The position numbers were made by a program, and so were the translations under genes. A stretch of 64,000 nucleotides of DNA. Source: an uncultured Actinomycetota bacterium (GTDB taxonomy: Bacteria; Actinomycetota; Actinomycetes; Propionibacteriales; Nocardioidaceae). Position 1 is the stretch's first letter. Each line of letters begins with the position of its first letter. The stretch lies in assembly GCA_963795215.1 (NCBI GenBank), contig CAWCGW010000007.1:639745-703744 (forward strand), written 5' to 3'. Below are positions 27,773 to 36,448 of this stretch, one piece after another. The notes below the pieces were generated by a model, which ran no database searches, was not told where the DNA came from, and was given only the letters and a program-made list of their open reading frames with translations.

Positions 27773-29803
27773 ATGACGATGGACATCGCAGCGGCAGACC
27801 CGACGGAGCAGTCAGGACGCCGTCCGCAGACGCTGATCTGGCTGCTGACGCTGGGCATGGCGGCCCTCGCCGCCCTCATCGCCGCCCCGGGGCTCTCCTC
27901 CGACCCCGAGGCCGCCATGCCGGGCGTGACCTGGTTCGTGCTGCTGCCGGTGTTCGCGCTCGCCGAGGTCGCGGTCATCCACCTGCCCACCGTCCGCAAC
28001 GCCCACGGTCACACGCTCCGCGAGATCCCCGCCGTGCTCGGGCTCACGCTGCTGTCCTCCCAGCAGTACGTGACGTGCTACGTCGTGGGTGCCATCCTGG
28101 CGCTGCTCGTGGCCGCCCGGATGCGTGGCGTCAAGCTCGCGTTCAACGCGGCGATGTTCGCCCTCGAGGCCGCCCTCGGTGCTCTCGTCTACCACGCGAT
28201 CCTGCAGGGGGGCGACCCGCTCTCGCCGGCGGCGTGGGTCGCCGTCCTGGTGGCCGTCCTGGTCACCGACCTCCTCTCGGCCGGTGCCGTGACCCTGGCG
28301 ATCAGCCTCACCGAGGGCGCCTTCGACGGGGAGGTGCTGGACGAGGCCCTCCGCTCGGGCTCGGTCGCGGCCTTCATCAACACCTGTGTCGCCCTGCTCG
28401 TCGCCACCCTGGTCCTCGTGCAGCCGTCCGCGCTCCCACTGCTCGCGGTCCTGGTCGTCCTGCTCGTGTTCGGCTACCGCGCCTACATGGCGCTGGCGCG
28501 AGGGCACGCGCGCACCCACCTGCTCTACCGGTTCGTGGACCGCACGTCCCAGGCCCGGTCGTTGGAGGAGGTCACCCAGGCCGTTCTGAAGGAGGCCACG
28601 GACCTGATGCACGTGGAGCGGGCCTACCTGGTGGAGGCCGTGGGCGACCGCCAGGCCCGGTGCCAGAGCCTGGAGTCGGGCGCGGTCCGCACCGAACTGC
28701 TCACGGTCGGGGAGACGACGCCCTGGTGGTGGGCCGCGTTCGGGTCGGGCATCGTGCGGCACCAGTCCGCGCCTCGCGCGAGCCACGCCGGGGACGCGAC
28801 GCCGGTCGAGGGACCGCCGTTGCTGCTCGACCCCCGTGACGGCCTCGCCGCGTCGCTGCGCGGTGCCGGAGCCGCGACGTACGCCCTCGTCGTGCTGGAC
28901 CGGTCCTTCGAGAAGGAGACCTTCGACGACGAGGACGAGCACGTCTTCGAGGTGCTGGCAGCCCATGCCGGCGTCGCGGTCGAGCGAGCCCGGACGGTGA
29001 GCGACCTGGAGTCCCTCGCCGGGGAGCTGCAGGCCGCTCGGGACGCGGCGCTCGCGGCGTCGGAGGCCAAGTCGATGTTCCTGACGAACTTCGGGCACGA
29101 GGTCAGGACGCCGCTGAGCACGGTGCTCGCTGCCGCGGAGCTCCTGGACGACTCGCCCCTGGACGCCGGTCAGACCGGGCTGCTCTCCAGGATCAGGCGG
29201 TCCGGGGGGCTGCTGCTGGCCCTGGTCAACGACGTCCTGGACTTCTCACGCAACGAGTTCGACAGCCCGGCCGCACGACCGGCGAGCTTCGACCTGCACG
29301 CCGTCGTGACGGGGGCCGTCTCGGCCCACCAGGCGACGGCGCACGACCGGGGGGTCAGCCTCGAGTGCCACTGGGACGACTGCGTCCCGCGCGTCGTCGA
29401 GGGGGACGTGGTCGGCGTGGCCAAGGTCCTGGACCACCTCCTCGACAACGCGGTGAAGTTCACCAAGGACGGCCGCATCGACGTCGCCGTCCGTGCCGCC
29501 CAGGACGACCGAGGGGTGTGCCTCTCCGTCTCCGACACCGGCATCGGCATCCACGAGCGCGACCGCGAGGCCATCTTCGAGGTCTTCACCCAGGTCGACG
29601 GATCCACCACGCGGAGCTATGAGGGCACCGGTCTGGGCCTGGCCATCTGCAAGCAGCGCACCGAGCTCATGGGCGGGACGATCTCCGTCGACGGCGAGCT
29701 CGGGGTCGGCAGCACCTTCACCGTCTGGCTGCCGCTCCGCCCGGCGAGCGAGTCATCGGAGACCGGGGCCTTCACCCCCGTCAGTGGGCGCCGGCGAGGT
29801 TGA
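27773..29803 (+). CDS. Orphan sensor histidine kinase: multi-TM input, GAF-like domain, HisKA and HATPase_c
   Basis: About 6-7 TM segments, GAF-like DEDEHVFEVLAAHAGVAVER, H-box FLTNFGHEVRTPL, LLDNAVKFT, DTGIG, GTGLGL. No receiver domain and no adjacent response regulator. Confidence 0.88.
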   Translation: MTMDIAAADPTEQSGRRPQTLIWLLTLGMAALAALIAAPGLSSDPEAAMPGVTWFVLLPVFALAEVAVIHLPTVRNAHGHTLREIPAVLGLTLLSSQQYVTCYVVGAILALLVAARMRGVKLAFNAAMFALEAALGALVYHAILQGGDPLSPAAWVAVLVAVLVTDLLSAGAVTLAISLTEGAFDGEVLDEALRSGSVAAFINTCVALLVATLVLVQPSALPLLAVLVVLLVFGYRAYMALARGHARTHLLYRFVDRTSQARSLEEVTQAVLKEATDLMHVERAYLVEAVGDRQARCQSLESGAVRTELLTVGETTPWWWAAFGSGIVRHQSAPRASHAGDATPVEGPPLLLDPRDGLAASLRGAGAATYALVVLDRSFEKETFDDEDEHVFEVLAAHAGVAVERARTVSDLESLAGELQAARDAALAASEAKSMFLTNFGHEVRTPLSTVLAAAELLDDSPLDAGQTGLLSRIRRSGGLLLALVNDVLDFSRNEFDSPAARPASFDLHAVVTGAVSAHQATAHDRGVSLECHWDDCVPRVVEGDVVGVAKVLDHLLDNAVKFTKDGRIDVAVRAAQDDRGVCLSVSDTGIGIHERDREAIFEVFTQVDGSTTRSYEGTGLGLAICKQRTELMGGTISVDGELGVGSTFTVWLPLRPASESSETGAFTPVSGRRRG

Positions 29804-30107
29804 GGCCGACGACGCCGAGGACGATCATGCCGAGCGAGGCGGCCTTGAACAGCGACATCTGCTCGCCGAGCCACAGGTAGCCGACGACGGCCACGATGGC
29901 GGTGCCGAGGCCGGACCACACGGCGTACGCCGTCGAGACCGACATGGTGCGGACCACGATCGCGAGCAGCCAGATCGAGGCGGCGTACCCCCCGAGCACG
30001 AACACCGACCACCACAGGTCGGTGAAACCGACGGTGCGGGGGAGCAGGGCGGTGGCGGCCACCTCGATGCCGATGGCGGCCAGGAGCAGCAGGACTGCGG
30101 CGAACAT
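29781..30107 (-). CDS. SMR (EmrE/QacE-like) small multidrug transporter
   Basis: GIEVAAT (membrane Glu), STAYAVWSGLG, four TM. Confidence 0.9.
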   Translation of the reverse strand: MFAAVLLLLAAIGIEVAATALLPRTVGFTDLWWSVFVLGGYAASIWLLAIVVRTMSVSTAYAVWSGLGTAIVAVVGYLWLGEQMSLFKAASLGMIVLGVVGLNLAGAH

Positions 30108-30122
30108 CTCTTCCTCTCACGC

Positions 30123-30165
30123 GTAGCGGTCGCTACATGCGCGCTACTGTAGCACTCGCTACAGT
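30123..30165. promoter_or_regulatory. Two TetR-type palindromic operators between the divergent smr and tetR genes
   Basis: GTAGCG-gt-CGCTAC (30123-30136) and ACTGTAGC-actc-GCTACAGT (30146-30165) share the GTAGC/GCTAC half-site. Confidence 0.7.
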
Positions 30166-30171
30166 GGAGTC

Positions 30172-30720
30172 GTGAGTCGTCGTGAGGAGCTGCTGGAGCA
30201 GGTGACCGACCACGTGCTCGGGCACGGGTTGATCGGGCTGACGCTGCGCCCGCTCGCCGCCGCCATCGGGACCAGCGACCGGATGCTGATCTACCACTTC
30301 GGGAGCCGCGACTCGCTGGTCTCCGACGTCGTCTCGGCGGCGACGGCGCGCGCGATCGCGGAGGTCGAGGCGCTGCCCGCCGCGCCCACCGTGCGGTCGG
30401 CGGTCAACCGGCTCTGGGAGGCCTACTGCCGCGCACCGCTCGGCCCGTTGCTCACGCTCTACTGCCAGGCCGCCGCGACGGGGCTGATCGGGGAGGAGCC
30501 CTACCTCTCGGCCGCCCGGGCGACCAACGAGCTGTGGGCGGCGGCGCTGCGCGACTACCTGCTGCGCTCGGGCGCCCCGGTACGCCGGGTCGGGCGGATC
30601 GTCACCCTGGTGGACTCCGCGCTCTACGGCTTCCACCTCGACCTGACGACCGACCGGCCCGAGGAGCTGGCGCGCGGGGTCGACGACCTCGCCGCCGCCG
30701 CCCAGGCGCTGGCCCGGTAG
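30172..30720 (+). CDS. TetR-family regulator
   Basis: GLTLRPLAAAIGTSDRMLIYHFG HTH. Confidence 0.9.
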   Translation: MSRREELLEQVTDHVLGHGLIGLTLRPLAAAIGTSDRMLIYHFGSRDSLVSDVVSAATARAIAEVEALPAAPTVRSAVNRLWEAYCRAPLGPLLTLYCQAAATGLIGEEPYLSAARATNELWAAALRDYLLRSGAPVRRVGRIVTLVDSALYGFHLDLTTDRPEELARGVDDLAAAAQALAR

Positions 30721-30731
30721 TTGCGGGGTGC

Positions 30732-33236
30732 TCAGGTCCGGGCGCCGGCCAGCCAGTGGTCGAGGACCGTGGAGAGGGCCTCCAGCGAGAGCGGCCGGCT
30801 GACGTGGTCGTCGATCCCGGCCGCGCGCAGCTCCTCGGTCGGGTCGGTGGGGTCCTCGGGGTCCTGGGCGGTCATCGCGACGACCGGCACGTGGGCCTCG
30901 CCGCCGTGGAAACGGCGGATCTCCGCGACGGTGCGGACCTCCTCGCTCAACGGCAGCCGGCAGTCGATCAGCACCACGTCGTACCTCGTGCGCGCCAGCG
31001 CGATCAGCGCCTCGACCTCGTCGCCGGCGGTCGAGGACTGGTGGCCGAGGTACTCGACCATGCCCGCGGTGATCAGCTGGTTGGTCGGGTTGCCGTCGAC
31101 GACCAGCACCCGCGCGGTCCTGGGCTCGACCTCGGCCGTGGCCTCGGCCACGGTGGCCAGCACCTCGCGGAGCTGGCCGGAGTGGACCGGCTTGGTCAGC
31201 GTGGCCGCGAAGCCCGACCGTGAAGCCCTCGCCTGGCCGACCGACGGGTCGGAGGTGAGCAGCACGAGCTGGGGGGCGCCGGAGGTGGACAGCTGGATGC
31301 GCGCGGCGAGGTCGAGACCGGTCATCACCGGCATCATCAGGTCGAGGACGGCGACGTCGTAGTGCCCGTTGGTGGCGAGCAGCTCCAGCGCCGCGATCCC
31401 ACCGTCGACCGTGTCGACCTCGGCGCCCCAGCCGCGCAGCAGGTCGCCGACGACCAGCCGGTTCGTGGCGTTGTCGTCGACCGCGAGGATCCGCAGGCCG
31501 TCGAGCCGGGGGAGGGCCGCGGGGTCCTGCCGGCCCAGGACCTCGAGCCGCAGCTCGACCCAGAACCTGCTGCCGGCGTCCGGGGCCGAGTCGACCCCGA
31601 TGTCGCCGTCCATCAGCCGCACGAGCTGACGTGCGGTCGCCAGCCCGAGGCCGGTGCCGTCGTACTGGCGCGTGTGCGAGGAGTCGCCCTGCGAGAAGGC
31701 GTCGAAGAGCTGGCCCCGGAGCCGCTCGTCGATGCCGATCCCGGTGTCGCGGACCTCCAGCCGGATCGTCGCCCAGCCCTCGGACTCCTCGACCACCCGG
31801 GCACGCAGCGCGACCTCGCCGGCGGAGGTGAACTTCACCGCGTTGCTGGCCAGGTTGAGCAGGATCTGGCGGATCCGCGCACCGTCACCGCGGACCAGGT
31901 CGGGCAGCCGTCCGTCGGTCTGCGTCACGACCTCGAGCCGCTTGGCGTGCGCCGCGGGCGCGACCAGGTCGGCGGTCTCCTCGACGACGTCGACGAGCAC
32001 CACCTCGCCCAGCTCCAGCTCGACCTGGTCACCCTCCACGCGGGCGAAGTCGAGGATGTCGTCGATCAGGTTGAGCAGCATGCCGCCGGCACCGTGGACG
32101 CCCTCGGCGTACTGCCGCTGCCGTTCGTCGAGCGGGGTCTGCATCAGCAGCTGCGAGAGGCCGATGACGCCGTTCATGGGGGTCCGGATCTCGTGGCTGA
32201 TGGTGGCCAGGAACTCCGACTTGGCCCGCGAGGCCTGCAGGGCGGCGTCCCGGGCGGTCGCCAGGTCGACCTGTGCCTGCTCCTGCGCGCGCAGCAGCCG
32301 CGCGGTCCGCACGACCGAGAGCAGCAGCAGCATGCTGGAGCCGAGGATCAGCGGGGCGGCACTGACCGGCCGGTCGAACACCACGTCGTAGAGCAGCAGC
32401 ACCGGGACGGCGAACAGCGGTCCGATCGCGATCGCCAGCCGGGCGACCGTGTGGTCGGCGGCCTCGCTCGCGCGGGACCGGACCGAGCCGCCGCGGTGGA
32501 ACCGGGCCATCAGGATCGCGCCCAGCATCCAGCCGGCGTTCTCCCAGTTCTCGTGGGCGTCGGTGAGGGGCAGGGTCAGGAACCCGAGGTCGGCGACCAG
32601 CCACGCCACGACGCCGACACCGAACCACGGGTCCACCCACTGCCGGGCCAGCCGGTCGGTGGCGATCCGCAGCACGAGCGCCAGCAGCACCGCGTCGGCG
32701 ATCGGGTAGCTCGACCAGACCAGCTTGATGAACGGGGTCAGCGACGGGTCGCCGGCGATCTCCGCGAGCGAGATCGTCCAGAGCACCATCACGCTGACGG
32801 TGACGATCGTGGTCGCGTCGATCAGCGAGTCGACGTCGCGGGCGTGACCGATCCGCGAGCGGTGCAACGAGACGACCAGCGCCGCGATCAGGAAGACGTA
32901 GGCGACCAGCCAGCCGACGTCCGCGAAGGAGGCGTCGGTCGTCTCCGACCCCTGCACCCACAGGTAGTAGGACAGCTCGCCGAAGGCGTTGCTCGCCAGG
33001 CCGGCGGCGACCAGCCGCGCCGGGAGCCGCCGCTCGGGGGCGGAGGTCAGGCTGCCGAGCCAGGCGAAGAAGGCGGACCCTGCCTGCACGCCGACGAACG
33101 ACACGCCGACCCAGGTGTCGGAGGGGCGCACCACGTGGATCAGCACCGCGACGACCCACACGAGCGTCACGGTGGCAGCCCACAGCACCCGGCGGGTCGA
33201 GAACGCCGGTGCCTCCGCGCGGTGCGGGCCGGTCAT
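30732..33236 (-). CDS. Hybrid sensor histidine kinase with multi-TM input and two receiver domains (second degenerate)
   Basis: FLATISHEIRTPMNG, NLASNAVKFT, DTGIG, GTGLGL; REC1 AVDD...LDLMMP...TKP; REC2 VVDG...IDCRLP...SRP. Confidence 0.88.
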   Translation of the reverse strand: MTGPHRAEAPAFSTRRVLWAATVTLVWVVAVLIHVVRPSDTWVGVSFVGVQAGSAFFAWLGSLTSAPERRLPARLVAAGLASNAFGELSYYLWVQGSETTDASFADVGWLVAYVFLIAALVVSLHRSRIGHARDVDSLIDATTIVTVSVMVLWTISLAEIAGDPSLTPFIKLVWSSYPIADAVLLALVLRIATDRLARQWVDPWFGVGVVAWLVADLGFLTLPLTDAHENWENAGWMLGAILMARFHRGGSVRSRASEAADHTVARLAIAIGPLFAVPVLLLYDVVFDRPVSAAPLILGSSMLLLLSVVRTARLLRAQEQAQVDLATARDAALQASRAKSEFLATISHEIRTPMNGVIGLSQLLMQTPLDERQRQYAEGVHGAGGMLLNLIDDILDFARVEGDQVELELGEVVLVDVVEETADLVAPAAHAKRLEVVTQTDGRLPDLVRGDGARIRQILLNLASNAVKFTSAGEVALRARVVEESEGWATIRLEVRDTGIGIDERLRGQLFDAFSQGDSSHTRQYDGTGLGLATARQLVRLMDGDIGVDSAPDAGSRFWVELRLEVLGRQDPAALPRLDGLRILAVDDNATNRLVVGDLLRGWGAEVDTVDGGIAALELLATNGHYDVAVLDLMMPVMTGLDLAARIQLSTSGAPQLVLLTSDPSVGQARASRSGFAATLTKPVHSGQLREVLATVAEATAEVEPRTARVLVVDGNPTNQLITAGMVEYLGHQSSTAGDEVEALIALARTRYDVVLIDCRLPLSEEVRTVAEIRRFHGGEAHVPVVAMTAQDPEDPTDPTEELRAAGIDDHVSRPLSLEALSTVLDHWLAGART

Positions 33237-33350
33237 GGGAGGTCCCCCTGTCTGTCCCGAGTGCACTGATCATGGGGCTCCGGGGGCCTCCGGGGCGCCG
33301 GAACCGAGGTATTTGTTACCCAGCTGTGGTGGCGGGTGCGGGCGCTGGGG

Positions 33351-34418
33351 TCAGTCGACCCGGGACCGCGGCACCGAGAACACCCACCGTCGCCGGGGAT
33401 GCTCGGAGACCGACCAGAGCCGGTCGGTGGAGGGCCAGTAGCTGAGGTCCTCCGGCCCCATCGGTACGGCGAACCGGTGGGCACGGAAGTCGCCCGGCCC
33501 GCCGGCGTACACGGTGCCGGGGACCCAGGGCCCGCGGGAGACGGTGACGTGGAGCTGTCCCCGGGCGCGCACCGCGCCCTGCATCTGGACCACCCCGCGG
33601 TCGTCGAGCTCCACCGGTCGGGCGGCGCCGTCGTCGTCCGCGCGCAGCAGGGCGGAGCCGGGATCGATGTCGAACCGGGCCAGCCTGCGGCTCGCCCCAC
33701 CCCGGCCGTACTCGCCGGCCACCAGCGTCGACGGCTGGTCGGAGCCCGCGCCCCGGTCGAGGGAGAGGAACGAGTAGCGCAGCTTCTCGCACCCGTGCTC
33801 GGTGTGGGCGCGGTAGGAGAAGCGCACCGGGAGCAGCAGGTCGTGCCCGAAGGACTCCACGCCGGGGCCCGCGCGCACGACGTCCTCCAGCCGGCAGGTC
33901 ACGAAGCCCCGCGAGGTCGCGGCGACGTGCACGTGCGGACCGCACCAGACGATCCCCCCGGCATGGACCTCGAGCGGCTCGACCCCCGCTCGGCCCTCGT
34001 CGTCGAGGCCCGGCACCACCAGCAGCACGTGCCGGTAGCGCAGCGTGTCGAGGTCGAGGAAGGTCAGCCGGGAGCCGTGCCCGGCGCCGGCGAGGTGCTT
34101 GGAGTACCAGCTGACGACGAGCAGCCGGCGGCCGAGGACGGTCTCGGTGTCGGAGGCGTCGGCCGAGCTGGAGATGCCCTGCGGCCACCAGCGGGGGTCG
34201 CGCCCGTCGCGTCGCTCCCAGGCGTACGCCGCATCCACGGCCCGGCCGGCCAGCCGACCCGTCCAGGAGCGCCGTGCCTGCCGGTCCAGGCCGTCGAGCA
34301 CGCCGGCCAACCCGGTCCGCCCGCCCAGCAGGTCGGCGAGCGCGTCGATCTCCGCGACGCTCTCCGCGGTGCGTGTGAGGTGGACCCCGTGCGGCCCCCC
34401 GGGCCCGTCTCCCGCCAT
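33351..34418 (-). CDS. Conserved hypothetical protein (possible beta-propeller)
   Basis: MAGDGPGG...WWPQGISSS...VVSWY...HAGGIVW...YSFLSL...QGAV...GPEDLSY...LWSVSE; the coding frame is the 3' part of ORF 33351..35264. Confidence 0.65.
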   Translation of the reverse strand: MAGDGPGGPHGVHLTRTAESVAEIDALADLLGGRTGLAGVLDGLDRQARRSWTGRLAGRAVDAAYAWERRDGRDPRWWPQGISSSADASDTETVLGRRLLVVSWYSKHLAGAGHGSRLTFLDLDTLRYRHVLLVVPGLDDEGRAGVEPLEVHAGGIVWCGPHVHVAATSRGFVTCRLEDVVRAGPGVESFGHDLLLPVRFSYRAHTEHGCEKLRYSFLSLDRGAGSDQPSTLVAGEYGRGGASRRLARFDIDPGSALLRADDDGAARPVELDDRGVVQMQGAVRARGQLHVTVSRGPWVPGTVYAGGPGDFRAHRFAVPMGPEDLSYWPSTDRLWSVSEHPRRRWVFSVPRSRVD

Positions 34419-34460
34419 GCCACCGGACGCTACCCGCTGCGCGCCCGTACCCTCCACGTC

Positions 34461-34853
34461 GTGGAGCGTGTGCTGGTGGTGGGGGCGGCGGTGCTGCGGG
34501 ACGGGAGCGTCCTCGCCGCCCGACGTACGGCCCCGCCGGAGGCGGCGGGGCGCTGGGAGCTCCCGGGCGGCAAGGTCGAGCCCGGCGAGGAGCCGGCCGC
34601 CGCGGTCGTGCGGGAGGTTCGCGAGGAGCTCGGCTGCGAGGTCGCCGTGACCGGGTGGCTCGACGGGGAGGTCGCGATCGGGGACCGGCACCGGCTGCGG
34701 GTCGCGGTCGTGCGGCTCGTCGACGGCGAGCCGGAGCCGACCGAGCACGACCGGGTGCGGTGGCTGGGGGCCGCCCAGCTCGGCGAGGTCGACTGGCTCG
34801 AGCCCGACCGCCCCTTCCTCGCCCAGCTGGCGGAGGGGAGGATGGAGCCGTGA
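34461..34853 (+). CDS. NUDIX hydrolase (MutT-like)
   Basis: WELPGGKVEPGE...REVREELG Nudix box. Confidence 0.9.
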   Translation: MERVLVVGAAVLRDGSVLAARRTAPPEAAGRWELPGGKVEPGEEPAAAVVREVREELGCEVAVTGWLDGEVAIGDRHRLRVAVVRLVDGEPEPTEHDRVRWLGAAQLGEVDWLEPDRPFLAQLAEGRMEP

Positions 34854-35143
34854 GAGGCATCTTCTTCGACGAGGACCACGCGTGGGCCGCGGCGGCGCGG
34901 CTGCGGGCCGACGGCTACGACGCGCAGGTCGCGCGGGAGCCCCTGGCCGGCGAGGACGACGACGAGGACCATCCCTGGGCGGTGACCACCGACGCGCCCG
35001 AGATGGCGCTGGACCTGCTGGTCGACCGCTACGACGGCTGGCTCGAGGTCGAGCCGGACCCGGCGCCCCGGCCGCCCCTCGACCTGCCCGCCGCGCCGAA
35101 GCGCCACCACCGTCCCCCGACGTCGGCCGGACCCCCGGTCTGA
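34850..35143 (+). CDS. Small acidic hypothetical protein
   Basis: MRGIFFDEDHA...; GTGA overlap with the NUDIX stop. Confidence 0.65.
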   Translation: MRGIFFDEDHAWAAAARLRADGYDAQVAREPLAGEDDDEDHPWAVTTDAPEMALDLLVDRYDGWLEVEPDPAPRPPLDLPAAPKRHHRPPTSAGPPV

Positions 35144-35178
35144 GTGCGGTGTCAGGCCCGATCGCTAGGTTGGAGGGC

Positions 35179-36096
35179 GTGCCCGACATGCCTGACACGC
35201 CCGACCATCGGATGCTCCTGGTCCACGCCCACCCCGACGACGAGACGATCAACAACGGCGCCACGATGGCCCGCTACGCCGCTGAGGGTCGCGGCGTCAC
35301 GCTCGTGACCTGCACCGCCGGCGAGATGGGGGAGGTCCTGGTCCCCGAGCTCGAGCACCTCGCCCACGCGGCCGAGGGCGGTCTCGGCGAGCAGCGCCGG
35401 AGCGAGCTCGACGCCGCGATGCGGGTGCTGGGGGTCAGCGACCACCGCTTCCTGGGCGGCTTCGGCGCCTTCCACGACTCCGGCATGGCCTGGCACGAGG
35501 ACGGCCACGCCGTCGCCGGCGAGCACGTCCCCGACAGCGCGTTCTGGCACGCCGACCTGACCGAGGCGGCCGACCACCTGGTCCGCGTGATCCGCGAGGT
35601 CCGGCCCCAGGTGCTCGTCACCTACGACCAGTTCGGCGGCTACGGCCACCCCGACCACATCCAGGCCCACCGGGTCGCCACGTACGCCGCGGACCTCGCG
35701 GGCGTCGCGTCGTACCGGCTCGACCTCGGCGAGCCGTGGGAGATCGCCAAGATCTACTGGGCGGCGATGTCCGAGGGCAGGATGCGCGAGAGTCTCCGCG
35801 CGCTGCGGGAGAGCGGCGACACCGAGACCTTCGAGGGCATGGACCCCGACGGCGACCTGCCCCCGTTCGTCACCCCGGACGAGCTGATCTCCGCCGAGGT
35901 CGACGGCGGCGAGTTCGTCGAGCGCAAGATGGCCGCGCTCTTCGAGCACCGCACCCAGGTGCGCGGCGACGACGCGTTCTTCGGCGGTGGCGAGAGCGGT
36001 CACGCCCTCTGGGGCACCGAGTCCTACCGCCTCGCCCGCGGCACCGCGGCACCCGGTCCCGACGGTCGCGAGACCGACCTGTTCGCGGGCCTGTGA
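35179..36096 (+). CDS. mshB: GlcNAc-Ins deacetylase (mycothiol biosynthesis)
   Basis: LLVHAHPDDE, TCTAGEMGE, YGHPDHIQAH. Confidence 0.9.
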   Translation: MPDMPDTPDHRMLLVHAHPDDETINNGATMARYAAEGRGVTLVTCTAGEMGEVLVPELEHLAHAAEGGLGEQRRSELDAAMRVLGVSDHRFLGGFGAFHDSGMAWHEDGHAVAGEHVPDSAFWHADLTEAADHLVRVIREVRPQVLVTYDQFGGYGHPDHIQAHRVATYAADLAGVASYRLDLGEPWEIAKIYWAAMSEGRMRESLRALRESGDTETFEGMDPDGDLPPFVTPDELISAEVDGGEFVERKMAALFEHRTQVRGDDAFFGGGESGHALWGTESYRLARGTAAPGPDGRETDLFAGL

Positions 36097-36106
36097 GGGG
36101 CCGAGC

Positions 36107-36448
36107 GTGCTGCGTGTGCTCGCGGCCGTGGGACTGCTGCTGGTCGGTGCGTTGACCGGGGCGGCGGCCGCGGTCTCCCACGAGCTGTGGTGGAGCCTCC
36201 CGCTGGCGACCGCCGGCCTCGGCGCCGCCTACCTCGCCGTCGGACCGGGCTGGCTGACCCGGCTCCCGCTGGCGGTCGGCTTCGGCGGGATCGTGCTGCT
36301 GGCGCTGCGCACCCGGCCCGAGGGGGACTACCTGGTCTCCACCAGCACCCGCGGGCTGCTGCTGCTCGGGGTGGTGCTGCTCGCGTTCGTGACCGCCGTG
36401 GCCACGTTGCCGCGCCCGGGCAGTCACGACCTACGATGGCGCCCGTGA
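36107..36448 (+). CDS. Small membrane protein (DUF6113-like)
   Basis: Hydrophobic, RPEGDYLV motif, usual position after mshB. Confidence 0.65.
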   Translation: MLRVLAAVGLLLVGALTGAAAAVSHELWWSLPLATAGLGAAYLAVGPGWLTRLPLAVGFGGIVLLALRTRPEGDYLVSTSTRGLLLLGVVLLAFVTAVATLPRPGSHDLRWRP

